Shown here: one piece after another, positions 28,827 to 38,150 of the stretch
Layout of the letters: the number at the start of each line of letters is the position of its first letter
Numbering within the stretch: position 1 is the first letter of the stretch
Source: an uncultured Acidobacteriota bacterium
GTDB taxonomy: Bacteria > Acidobacteriota > Vicinamibacteria > Vicinamibacterales > UBA8438
NCBI GenBank assembly: GCA_913043225.1
Contig: CAJWLU010000001.1
Span: 32,001-96,000, forward strand
DNA: 64,000 nucleotides
Direction: 5' to 3'
Made by a program: the position numbers and the translations under genes
Notes under the pieces: model-generated
Told to the model about the DNA's origin: nothing
The model's database searches: none
Seen by the model: only the letters and a program-made list of their open reading frames with translations

Positions 28827-31259
28827 GTGTCATCCTCCCTCCCTCGCATCGCCGCAGCACTTTCGCTCGTCTTGATGGCTGTCGGATCAGCCCTGGGACA
28901 GACGCGGGCCGCCGGTCTGGTACTGGACGGCTTGAACGACCAGCCGCTCGCTGACGCCACAATCGAAGGCGGAGACACCACCACGACGACCGGGCCCGAC
29001 GGCCGCTTCGCGCTCGACCTGCGGACGGACACCGCCGAGATACGCGTCAGTGCGGCGGGCTACCTCGATACGGTGGTACAGGTGAGCGATGCCCTGCTCG
29101 AGGTCCGGCTCTTCCCGAGCAACTTCGCGGAAACGGTCGAGGTCGTCTCGGACACCACCCGTGAGGAACAGCGGCCATCATCGACGCCCGTCACTCCGGA
29201 GGAGGTGTTCCGGGCACCCGGCAGCATCGACAACGTGTTCCGGACGCTGCAGACGCTGCCCGGCGTCGTCGCTACCGACGACTTCGGGAGCCGGTTGGCG
29301 GTGCGAGGAGGCACCCCGGATCAGAATCTCACGATGATGGACGGGATCGAGGTGCACAATCCGTTCCGCCTCTTCGGCATCGCCAGCGCGTTCAACCCGG
29401 ATACGGTGGAGAACTTCCAGCTCACGGCCGGAGGGTTCGGCGCCGCCTATGGCGATCGACTCTCGTCGCTGTTGATCGTGGACAACCGCCACGGTCGCCC
29501 CGACTTCCAGGGCACGACGGCGACTAGCGTGACCGACGCCAACGTGGTGGTCGAAGGGACGTCCCCGGTGGGTGCCAACGGCACCTGGTTGCTGAGCGCG
29601 AGGCGCACCTATTACGACTTACTGGCCGGCCCGCTGGCCGACCAGGACTTCCCATCGTTCGCCGATGTGCAGTTCCAGACCAGCTGGGAAATGGGGCCCG
29701 GACACCGGCTCACCATCACCGGGCTCAGCAGCATCGAGGACGCCAGCCTCGACTTCGGCGACGAAGGAGACGGCGAACGAGCCACGTTAGGTTCCGACGT
29801 CACCAACAACTTGGTCTCGGCGCGATTCGACGCGGTGTTGGGCGGGCGCAGTCGAACGTCGACCATCGTCTCCTGGTATGACAACGAGGAGCAGTTCGAC
29901 TTCGATGGCCAGATCAGATCTGACGCGCAGCGCTCAAACGCACCCGACGGGGTAGAGGCCGCCTTGCTCTCGAACGTCATCTTCGACCGGACATTCGGCG
30001 TGCGTGACGTCTCCCTCCGGCAAGAGGTCGACGTCCAGCTGTCGTCCCGGCACCTGATTAGCACTGGTCTCGAGCTGCACAGGCTCGAGACCGGCGTCAT
30101 CTTCAACATCTCGGGCGACCGGAACCCAAATGAAGCGAACGGCTCGAGCGTCAGAGGAGGCGCCGGACTGCCCAAGGCGCTCGACTCGACGCTCACCGGC
30201 ACCCGAGGCGGTCTCTGGCTACAGGACACGTTCACCACGTCGGAGCGCTGGTCGTTCGAACCTGGTCTGAGGCTCGACTGGAGCACCATCAACGGCCACA
30301 CCACGCTGTCGCCACGCCTCGCCAGCAGCGTCGCGCTGGGGCGGGGCGCCCGGCTGCGCGCGGCGTTCGGCCTCTACACGCAGAGCCCCGGCTACGAGAA
30401 GCTCACCCAGTCGGACTACTTCATCGATCTGACCGGAGTCCGCGAACGGGGCCTGGTGCACGAGAAGGCCACCCATGTCGTGGTCGGCATCGAGCAGCAA
30501 CTGGGCGAGAACCTCCTCGCGCGAGTGGAGGGCTACTACAAACGATTCAACGACCTCTTGCTGGGCCGGCTCGAAACCGAGTCCGAACGCGCCGCCCGGC
30601 TGGCGGCCTATGACTTTCCGGCCGCGCTCGCCACGTCCGTGCCGACCGACCCGCTGATCTTGAGCACACCGAACAACGACGCCGGCGGAGATGCGTACGG
30701 TGTCGACGTCTTTCTCCAGCACAGCGACCCGGGTGAGCGGCTGACCGGTTGGATGACCTACGCCTGGGGTCGCGCCACCCGCGAAAGCTACGGACGACGG
30801 TATGCGTTCGAGTACGACCGCCGGCATGCGTTCAACGCAGTCGGCCGGCTCCGTCTCACGAGTCGATGGGATCTGGCCGCAACCGTCCGGCTGGCGAGCG
30901 GCTTCCCCTACACGCCGGCGCTGGGACTCCGAGTGGCGTCCGACCAGGACGAACGTGGCCGTCTCCTCCCGGCGCGCGACTCGGCCGACAATCTGGTCTA
31001 CACGGTCGACTATGGCGGGGTGGACAACCTTAATCGCGGACGACTTCCCCACTACGCCCGCATCGACCTGCGCGCAACCTACCAACGCGGACGCTGGTCC
31101 GCCTACCTCGAGATCATCAACCTGCTTGGGAGAGACAACCCGATCCGGTTCGAGCCGCGCCTGGACCACAACCCCGCTGGAGCGCTGCCGCTCCTGTCCG
31201 AGGTGCCGGCCGAGGGCTTCCCGCGGATACCCACGTTTGGCGTCAGAGTCTCCTTCTAG
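28827..31259 (+). CDS. TonB-dependent receptor with N-terminal carboxypeptidase-regulatory-like domain
   Basis: Plug motif LQTLPGV..VRGG.PDQNL..DG, GGFGAAYGDRLSS; beta-barrel ending in a terminal Phe. Confidence 0.92.
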   Translation: MSSSLPRIAAALSLVLMAVGSALGQTRAAGLVLDGLNDQPLADATIEGGDTTTTTGPDGRFALDLRTDTAEIRVSAAGYLDTVVQVSDALLEVRLFPSNFAETVEVVSDTTREEQRPSSTPVTPEEVFRAPGSIDNVFRTLQTLPGVVATDDFGSRLAVRGGTPDQNLTMMDGIEVHNPFRLFGIASAFNPDTVENFQLTAGGFGAAYGDRLSSLLIVDNRHGRPDFQGTTATSVTDANVVVEGTSPVGANGTWLLSARRTYYDLLAGPLADQDFPSFADVQFQTSWEMGPGHRLTITGLSSIEDASLDFGDEGDGERATLGSDVTNNLVSARFDAVLGGRSRTSTIVSWYDNEEQFDFDGQIRSDAQRSNAPDGVEAALLSNVIFDRTFGVRDVSLRQEVDVQLSSRHLISTGLELHRLETGVIFNISGDRNPNEANGSSVRGGAGLPKALDSTLTGTRGGLWLQDTFTTSERWSFEPGLRLDWSTINGHTTLSPRLASSVALGRGARLRAAFGLYTQSPGYEKLTQSDYFIDLTGVRERGLVHEKATHVVVGIEQQLGENLLARVEGYYKRFNDLLLGRLETESERAARLAAYDFPAALATSVPTDPLILSTPNNDAGGDAYGVDVFLQHSDPGERLTGWMTYAWGRATRESYGRRYAFEYDRRHAFNAVGRLRLTSRWDLAATVRLASGFPYTPALGLRVASDQDERGRLLPARDSADNLVYTVDYGGVDNLNRGRLPHYARIDLRATYQRGRWSAYLEIINLLGRDNPIRFEPRLDHNPAGALPLLSEVPAEGFPRIPTFGVRVSF

Positions 31260-31297
31260 GCCCCTGTGCTCGCCTAGGATCACGTTTGGGGCGGGTG

Positions 31298-31334
31298 TGC
31301 CCCGCGGCTCCGTTCACGAAGTCACCGCGGGGCA
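31298..31334. terminator. Inverted repeat between convergent genes, possible terminator
   Basis: tgccccgcgg (31298-31307) / ccgcggggca (31325-31334); no clear U-tract. Confidence 0.4.
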
Positions 31335-31340
31335 TTCGAG

Positions 31341-32006
31341 CTAGTTCACCGCGAAGCAGTAGAAGAGGCCCGCACCGCCGGTCCCCTCTAGATTTTCCTG
31401 GCCGCATCCCCGGCTCGGGTGAGACGAGTTCCAGGAACTGTTGTTCCCGCCTTGGGTATCGGAATGGCCCACCTGGGCCGAGCCGTCGCCGTCGCTCGTC
31501 CAGTTGCGGCATGTGCGATCCTCGTCGGCGGCAAAGGCGCGACCGTCCGGCATCGTACCGGTCAGGATGTCGTGCTGATTGGGCGAATCGCCAACGCCGT
31601 TGACCGGATTCCCCTCCTCGGTCAGCGCAATCATCTTGCCGATAGCGTTACCAATTCGCGCCTGATCGAGGGTGTCGCCGTGCAGCCAGCCAAGATCCTG
31701 CGCGATCCGGCGTCGTCCCCCATGCGCATACCAGGGCCCGCTACCGATCCGGTCGCGGGCGTTGACGGCGTTCGGGCCTTGCGTGCTCAGATAGGCGCGC
31801 CAGGTCACGTCGCCGCGCCCGACCGCGGCCGCCAGTGACTGGCAGTGCGCGTCGGCGCCTTCCAGACCACCCAGATTGGCGCCATCACCCAGCCCCTCAC
31901 TCGTGACGAAGAACGTCATCGGCTGCGGGTCCTGCTGCGCCCCGACCGGCACGGCCAGCGCGAGCCCCGCCATCATCACCATCGCTCCACAGTATCTCGA
32001 TCGCAT
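31341..32006 (-). CDS. Secreted lectin-like (C-type lectin/endostatin-like fold) protein
   Basis: NLGGLEGADAHCQSLA, WRAYLS, ARDRIG.GPW, CRNWTS and GLFYCFA motifs. Confidence 0.8.
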   Translation of the reverse strand: MRSRYCGAMVMMAGLALAVPVGAQQDPQPMTFFVTSEGLGDGANLGGLEGADAHCQSLAAAVGRGDVTWRAYLSTQGPNAVNARDRIGSGPWYAHGGRRRIAQDLGWLHGDTLDQARIGNAIGKMIALTEEGNPVNGVGDSPNQHDILTGTMPDGRAFAADEDRTCRNWTSDGDGSAQVGHSDTQGGNNSSWNSSHPSRGCGQENLEGTGGAGLFYCFAVN

Positions 32007-32049
32007 CAGGGTCTCCCTCGATTTAGGTGCTATTCACGGATTCAGTTTC

Positions 32050-33480
32050 TTACAGCAGTCCCACCAGCGGCCCCACCCACACCATTAGCAAGGTGATGAG
32101 CACCACCCAGCAGACGCTCAGCAGTGCCCCCGGCAGCGCCATGTCGAGCATCCGGTAGTACCCCTTCGTATAGGTCACGAGCGGCACCGCGTCGAGGGGC
32201 AACAAGAAGGCGCAGGACGCGGTGAAAGCCACCGGCAGCGCATAGAGCGCCGGATTCTGGCCGGTACTGAGTGCGAGAATCGCCAAAGGCGGAATCAGTA
32301 CCGAGTTGATAACGGGCCCGATCGGGAGCGGTAGGTGCACCACGACCGTAAAAGCGCTTACCAGCGCCACGATGCCCAAAGCGCCCCAGCCTTCCAAGCC
32401 ACCAAGAGACCCGTCAACCATCCACTGCGCCAGACCGGTCTCGACCGACGCCGCGCCCAACGCGGTTACTCCCCCCACCATCAACAGCGCTTCCCAACCG
32501 ATGCCCCGCTCGACCTCTTTCCACCCGAAGATGTTCATGCCGGGCAGGAACATGAGGATGGCGCCGCCGAGGCTCACCATCACGACGTCGAGCTGGTCGA
32601 TCCAGGTACTGCCGACCCAACACACAATCATCGCGCTCAGAATGATGAGCACGCGCCACTCGGGACCGCTGACTGGCCCCAGCGCCGCCCGCTCGCTCTC
32701 GACGTCACCGACCGCGGTCACCTCGTCCATCTCTGGCGGGTAGAACCACACCAGCAGGCGCACCGAAATCGGGAGCAGCACCACCACCATCGGCACACCG
32801 ATGACCATCCAGTCGAGGAATCGGACCGTGACATCGCCATACTCCTGGATGAAGAAGATCCCCAGGATGTTGATGGAGCTGCCCGCAGGAGTGGCCACAC
32901 CGCCGATGAGCGCCGCGAACGGGATGCCAATCATCACCGCCTTGGCGAAGGACGACTCCCCAACCTTGAGTCCCATCTTGTCGAAGAGGCCGAGCGCCAG
33001 CGCCATGAAGATAGCCGTCGCCGGCACATCCGACATGATGGTCGAGATGAGGCAGGTCCCGACCATGAACACCCGCACGACCTGACGGCTATCAGTGCCG
33101 GCCCGCGCTAGGAGCCAGAGCGAAAACCGCCGGTCGAGGCCGGAGCTGATGAACGCCTGAGCGATAACGAACATCGCCAGGACGAAGAAGAACACCGGGC
33201 TGATGAAGGTGCGGAACGCGGTCGGCAAATCGGCCACCCCGAACACGGGGAGGAGAAGGATGGCCAGGAGCGAGGTGACGCCAACCGGCAGCGCCTCGGA
33301 CACCCAGAGAATCAGCACGACAACGAAGATCGCCGCCATGCGCTGCCCGGCCACCGGCAGGGCCTCGGGCGTCGGCAGCAGCAGCAGGAGCCCGGCGGCG
33401 AGCACGGCGGCCACCACCCCACCCTTCGCGGATGCGGACGACGTCGGAGCTGATGCGGCGCTGATGTTCATCGACAGCAT
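32050..33480 (-). CDS. DASS/SLC13 sodium-coupled anion symporter
   Basis: LWVSEALP, IMSDVPAT, IGGVATPAGSSIN and SCAFLLP motifs; many TM helices. Confidence 0.9.
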   Translation of the reverse strand: MLSMNISAASAPTSSASAKGGVVAAVLAAGLLLLLPTPEALPVAGQRMAAIFVVVLILWVSEALPVGVTSLLAILLLPVFGVADLPTAFRTFISPVFFFVLAMFVIAQAFISSGLDRRFSLWLLARAGTDSRQVVRVFMVGTCLISTIMSDVPATAIFMALALGLFDKMGLKVGESSFAKAVMIGIPFAALIGGVATPAGSSINILGIFFIQEYGDVTVRFLDWMVIGVPMVVVLLPISVRLLVWFYPPEMDEVTAVGDVESERAALGPVSGPEWRVLIILSAMIVCWVGSTWIDQLDVVMVSLGGAILMFLPGMNIFGWKEVERGIGWEALLMVGGVTALGAASVETGLAQWMVDGSLGGLEGWGALGIVALVSAFTVVVHLPLPIGPVINSVLIPPLAILALSTGQNPALYALPVAFTASCAFLLPLDAVPLVTYTKGYYRMLDMALPGALLSVCWVVLITLLMVWVGPLVGLL

Positions 33481-33503
33481 GTAACAATAGCTGGCCTGCA
33501 GCC

Positions 33504-34691
33504 GTGGTCAAGACCAGACACCATTCCTCTTCGCCAGAAAACCATCTAGGCGGCGGCCCGCATCCGCTCGTCTACCCGGTCGATCGCACCTCAGTTCCCT
33601 CCGCGGTCGCCGCGCCACCAGGCGCCGGGCTTGGCGTCAGGGTGTGGGCACGCTCACTGTCGGGTATGCAGAAAGTGGCCCTTATCTCGACCGACGCCGA
33701 TCCGTCGATCTGGCGAGTGGCGAGCGACGAGGGCCCCTATCTGAACGGATTCGACGCCGCACCGTGCCCGCTCTCGTTTATGACGGTAGGCCTGGTGGCC
33801 AATGGGCTCGAGGCGATTGTGGCCGAACTCGAGACCGGTGGTCGCGCGGCGCCTGGGCTCGAGTTCACCATCGACAACCGCTACACGATGGAGGGATCGA
33901 CACTCCAGGGCACGATGCGGGGCGGCGCGTTACCGCTTGAGGTCGCCGTACGGACGGAATCGGGCAACGACGACGAGTCGCTTCATCAACTGGTGGCCGG
34001 AGCCCTGCGGCGAACGCCGCTCGGCGCCTTGGTGGGAGGCACGCACAGCTCCCGCTTTCGGCTCTCGGTGAACGGCCAGGCCGTCGCCATCGACGGTGTC
34101 TCCGAGATCGCCGGCACGATTGCGCCTCCTGAGTGGATGGCCACCCAGCCGTCACCCACCGTCGGCACCGAGCCGCTCATCGTCCGCTCGAAGGCGGTAG
34201 TGCCGAAGACCGGGGTGACTGGTGGGGCCGGCACCAGCCTCCGCGAGGAACAGCGGCGAGAGCTACATGTGCGAGGACATGGACGTTTTCGGTCGGACGG
34301 GCTTGTCGAGGTGACCCAGGAGCTGCACCAGCCGCTGGGCTCGACGTTCCGGTTCCTGGTTGAGGGTCGGCGGCGCGACGGCGCACCGCCGCGCGCGCCA
34401 AGCGGCGCCAGCTACATGGCGGCTGGTGTGGCGTTCTGCTTCATGACCCAGTTGGAACGCTACGCCACCATCGTGAAGGAACCGCTCGATCACTATGAGG
34501 TGATCCAGGACACGAGATTCAGCTGGGGAGCCAACTCCACGGCGGGCTCTGTCAGCCCAGTCGAGACGCACGCCTTTGTCGACACCCCCGCAGGTCCCGA
34601 CTTCGCTCGGCAGTGTCTGAGGATGGGCGAGCAAACCTGCTTCCTGCACGCGCTGTATCGAACACCGTTGACGATTCGGCTCACTGACTGA
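33504..34691 (+). CDS. OsmC-related protein with two tandem OsmC-like domains
   Basis: SDEG...G.DAAPCPL in the N-half; AP....YMAAGVAFCFMTQ and EQTCFLH in the C-half; start uncertain. Confidence 0.7.
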   Translation: MVKTRHHSSSPENHLGGGPHPLVYPVDRTSVPSAVAAPPGAGLGVRVWARSLSGMQKVALISTDADPSIWRVASDEGPYLNGFDAAPCPLSFMTVGLVANGLEAIVAELETGGRAAPGLEFTIDNRYTMEGSTLQGTMRGGALPLEVAVRTESGNDDESLHQLVAGALRRTPLGALVGGTHSSRFRLSVNGQAVAIDGVSEIAGTIAPPEWMATQPSPTVGTEPLIVRSKAVVPKTGVTGGAGTSLREEQRRELHVRGHGRFRSDGLVEVTQELHQPLGSTFRFLVEGRRRDGAPPRAPSGASYMAAGVAFCFMTQLERYATIVKEPLDHYEVIQDTRFSWGANSTAGSVSPVETHAFVDTPAGPDFARQCLRMGEQTCFLHALYRTPLTIRLTD

Positions 34692-35460
34692 GAAAACGCT
34701 CGACCGCGCCGGTGAAGGCTGACGCCTGTTCGACGTTGGAGAGGTGCGCGGCATCGAGTTCGACCAGGTGTCCGTTCGGCACGCCGTCGGCGATCGCCTC
34801 GCCGAGCGCCGGGGGAGTCGCGGCGTCGTGCGTACCTGTCACGACCAGCGTCTGCGCCGCGATCTGGCCCAACTCGGGTCGCAAATCACCATCCCTTAGC
34901 ACGGCGCACGCGCCTGCATACCCTTCGACCGAACAACGGCGCAGCATCTGGCGGAATCGCTCAGTCGTCTGCGGATCGGTAGTGCGAAAGCGGGGCGTGA
35001 ACCAACGCGTGAGGCCGCCTTCAACTACCGCCTCGATACCTCCCTCGCGTACCTCCGCAATCCGGGCAGACCAGCCCTCGGCACTGCCGAGGCGAGCACC
35101 TGTGTTGGCCGCCACCAGCCGATCGACCCGATCCGGCGCGTGGCGTCCGAGCCATTGGGCGGTAAGTCCACCCAGCGACACCCCGCAGACGTGGGCCTGT
35201 TCGGCACCGGCGGCGTCGAGGACAGCCAACGCGTCGCGGCCCAGCTGCTCAAGCGTGTAGGGTCCCACCGGAGGCTGCGATCCACCGTGGCCACGCACGT
35301 CATAACGCATCACGCGATACCGCTTGACCAGCACCGACCACTGCGGCTCCCATAGCTCCCGCGTCGTGCCGAGCGAGTGGAGTAGAAGACAGGCGGGCGC
35401 GTCGGCCGGGCCGGCAGCCTCGTATTCCAGGCTCGCGGCGCCTGACGTCACGATCGGCAT
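34681..35460 (-). CDS. pcaD: 3-oxoadipate enol-lactonase
   Basis: HSLGT, RYDVRGHG, GVSLGG and AAHLSNVEQ motifs; follows pcaB. Confidence 0.92.
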   Translation of the reverse strand: MPIVTSGAASLEYEAAGPADAPACLLLHSLGTTRELWEPQWSVLVKRYRVMRYDVRGHGGSQPPVGPYTLEQLGRDALAVLDAAGAEQAHVCGVSLGGLTAQWLGRHAPDRVDRLVAANTGARLGSAEGWSARIAEVREGGIEAVVEGGLTRWFTPRFRTTDPQTTERFRQMLRRCSVEGYAGACAVLRDGDLRPELGQIAAQTLVVTGTHDAATPPALGEAIADGVPNGHLVELDAAHLSNVEQASAFTGAVERFLSQ

Positions 35461-35464
35461 CGGG

Positions 35465-36838
35465 TCAGCGCTTCGTTTCCCAACGGGCCAGCACCCGGTC
35501 GATAAATGCTTGCGACTGACCCAGATAGCGGCACGGGTCCAGCCGACGGCGAATCTCGTCCTCATCGAGGTGGGCCGCCACCGTCTCGTCGTCTGTCAGT
35601 ACCTCGGCCAGCGAACGCCCCTCTTCGGCAACCCGGCGACACGCCCTCGCGACGAGATGATGGGCCTCTTCCTTCCCGACAGACGCCGCCAGTGCCATCG
35701 ACACCGACTCAGCGAGCGGCAGACCGCGACTGGCCTCGAGATTCGCAAGCATCCGGTCCGGATCGATCTCGAGGCGCGTGAGGCTATCGGCCACGCCGCC
35801 CGCGCCGGACGCGGCGACGATCACGAGATCAGGAACCAGATCCCACTCGGCCTGCCAGCCACCCAGGCCTCGCTCGTGCTCCTGCGGCAAGGCGTGGAGC
35901 AACGACGCGACCAGGCCAGGCACCCTCACCGCCGCCGCCAGCGCCACCGAGGCACCCATCGGATTCCGTTTCTGCGGCATCGTGGATGAGCGCCCACGTC
36001 CGGCAGCCCCTTGCTCCCACGCCTCGCCCACCTCGGACTGGGCGAGCAAGGCAACGTCCCGCGCTACCTTGCCCGCGATGCCGACAGCCACCCCCAGGGC
36101 AGATCCGAGGTGCCCAAGACGGTCTCGCTGGGCATGCCACGGGGTGTCGGCCACCGAGAGATTGAGCCTCGAGGCCAGCTCCGCCTCAACCAGGAGCGCG
36201 GACGGCCCCATCGAGGCCAGAGTGCCCGTGGCACCACCGAACTGCAGCACCAGCAGGTCGTCGAGCGCGACACGCAGTGTAGCGGTGACCCGGGCGAGGC
36301 CATCCAGCCAACCGGCAGCCTTGAGCCCAAACGAGACCGGGGTCGCCTGCTGAAGCCAGGTCCGGCCCGCCATCGGCACGTCGGCGTGGCGGCGAGCCAA
36401 CGCCGCCGCGGCGGCGGCGGCCTCGTCCAGCCGTCCGATGACCATGGGAACAGCCTGTCTCAGTTGGAGCACCAGCGCGGTATCGGTGACGTCCTGGGTC
36501 GTCCCTCCCCAGTGGACGAACTTCGCCGCCTTCGGATCGTTACGCGCCACCTCTGCGGTCAGCGCCTTCACCACCGGTACGGCCGGGGCACCTGCGTTGG
36601 CCAGTTCGTCAATCAGGGCATCACAGTCGTAGAGATCAACCTCGGCGGCGGCGCGAATGGGTGCAACGCATTCGTTCGGAACCATCCCGCACGCCGCCTG
36701 GCTCTCGGCTAGCGCCGCTTCCACGTCCAGCATCGCCTGTACCTGAGCCCTTACCGAAAAGTGTGCCGCCACCTCGGGGGCCCCCAGATAGCGGTCGTGC
36801 AAGCGCACCGTCACGGCGGAGGACGAAGATTCAGACAT
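35465..36838 (-). CDS. pcaB: 3-carboxy-cis,cis-muconate cycloisomerase
   Basis: VHWGGTTQD, GRTWLQQA, QFGGATGT, SSTMPQKRNP and QEHERGLGGWQAEW motifs. Confidence 0.95.
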   Translation of the reverse strand: MSESSSSAVTVRLHDRYLGAPEVAAHFSVRAQVQAMLDVEAALAESQAACGMVPNECVAPIRAAAEVDLYDCDALIDELANAGAPAVPVVKALTAEVARNDPKAAKFVHWGGTTQDVTDTALVLQLRQAVPMVIGRLDEAAAAAAALARRHADVPMAGRTWLQQATPVSFGLKAAGWLDGLARVTATLRVALDDLLVLQFGGATGTLASMGPSALLVEAELASRLNLSVADTPWHAQRDRLGHLGSALGVAVGIAGKVARDVALLAQSEVGEAWEQGAAGRGRSSTMPQKRNPMGASVALAAAVRVPGLVASLLHALPQEHERGLGGWQAEWDLVPDLVIVAASGAGGVADSLTRLEIDPDRMLANLEASRGLPLAESVSMALAASVGKEEAHHLVARACRRVAEEGRSLAEVLTDDETVAAHLDEDEIRRRLDPCRYLGQSQAFIDRVLARWETKR

Positions 36839-37385
36839 CGAAAAATACCGTTTCCATCGGTCCCTGAAGACATAGGTCGTGGACATACACCCCGTCACCG
36901 TCCGAGGTGGCGATCAAGGTCGCGCGTCGTCCGGCTGGCACACGCCTCAGAACCGGATCGGCCTCCAAGCCAGGGCCATCTCCCAGATAGATCCGGGTCA
37001 CCAGCCGCGTGAAGAGCCCCCGGGCGAACAGCCCGACCAGTAGATGCGCCGCCTGCGTCGTACCATCCGGGCCTGGCGTCTCGCCAGGACGGATGGTGTC
37101 GAGGCTGAAACAGCCCTCGGCATCAGTGGCGCCCCGACTGTAACCGCCAAAACCGTCGGCCGGCTTTCGAGGGTCGTCAGGGTGGGCCCAGTGGCCGGTG
37201 GCGTCCGGCTGCCAGAACTCGAGCATGGCGTCAGGCACCGGCGCCCCGGCGCCATCGCGCACCACCCCGCGAATCCCAATCCTGGGGCCAGGAGCTTCTA
37301 GCGCCGCCGGCACCACACGGTCGTGCCGGAGCAAGACACCAAAGAACGGACCTACCGTCTGCCAGGGCGTGATCGGCTTAGACAT
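36831..37385 (-). CDS. pcaG: Protocatechuate 3,4-dioxygenase alpha subunit
   Basis: TPWQTVGPFF, EFWQ.D, FARGL and ETVFFDV motifs. Confidence 0.95.
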   Translation of the reverse strand: MSKPITPWQTVGPFFGVLLRHDRVVPAALEAPGPRIGIRGVVRDGAGAPVPDAMLEFWQPDATGHWAHPDDPRKPADGFGGYSRGATDAEGCFSLDTIRPGETPGPDGTTQAAHLLVGLFARGLFTRLVTRIYLGDGPGLEADPVLRRVPAGRRATLIATSDGDGVYVHDLCLQGPMETVFFDV

Positions 37386-37392
37386 ACGGGCA

Positions 37393-38088
37393 CTAAGCCT
37401 CCATCGGCGTCGCGTGAGGCCCCCGCAGTACTATGTCGAAGCGATAGCCCAGTGCGAGACCAGGCTCGGTCAGCTCCAGGTCGAACCCGGCCACGAGCCG
37501 CTGTCGCGCGCCAGCATCCGGCACCGCTTTGAAGATCGGGTCGAAGGCCAGCAGTGGGTCACCGGGAAAGTACATCTGGGTCACAAGCCGGGTCAGAAAC
37601 GACGGCCCGAACACCGAAAAGTGGATGTGCGCCGGCCGCCAGGCGTTCTCATGGTTATGCCAGGGGTAGGCGCCCGGCTTGATGGTGACGAAGCGAAACC
37701 AGCCCGCGCCGTCGGTGCGCACTCGGCCCGCGCCCGAAAAGTTCGGGTCCACGGGAGCATCGTGGGTATCGGAGTAATGCGCATAGCGTCCCGCCGCGTT
37801 CGCCTGCCAGATTTCGACCACGGTGTCGGAGACCGGTCGTTCACTATCGTCGAGCACCCGACCAGCAACCACGATCCGTTCACCTAGCGGCGTCCCGGGG
37901 TGCTGCCGGGTCAGGTCGTGGTCGAGCGGTCCCGGTGCCTGATGTTCGTACACCGGCCCGGTGAGTTCGGAAAGCGTCTGCGGGACGACCACGAGCGGCT
38001 CGCGCGGGTGTCGCAACGCGGTCGAGCGATAGGGTGGATGGTTGTTGGGCGGCAGGGTGGCCGGATCAGGCCGGCGGTAGGTAAACAT
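37393..38088 (-). CDS. pcaH: Protocatechuate 3,4-dioxygenase beta subunit
   Basis: EIWQANAAGRY, KPGAYPW and WRPAHIHFS (Fe-ligand Tyr/His). Confidence 0.96.
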   Translation of the reverse strand: MFTYRRPDPATLPPNNHPPYRSTALRHPREPLVVVPQTLSELTGPVYEHQAPGPLDHDLTRQHPGTPLGERIVVAGRVLDDSERPVSDTVVEIWQANAAGRYAHYSDTHDAPVDPNFSGAGRVRTDGAGWFRFVTIKPGAYPWHNHENAWRPAHIHFSVFGPSFLTRLVTQMYFPGDPLLAFDPIFKAVPDAGARQRLVAGFDLELTEPGLALGYRFDIVLRGPHATPMEA

Positions 38089-38150
38089 CCGTGAACCGTG
38101 AGCCGGTTAAGGATACCCCTAGTATGATCGGGCGTATTCAAGGAGTCGTC

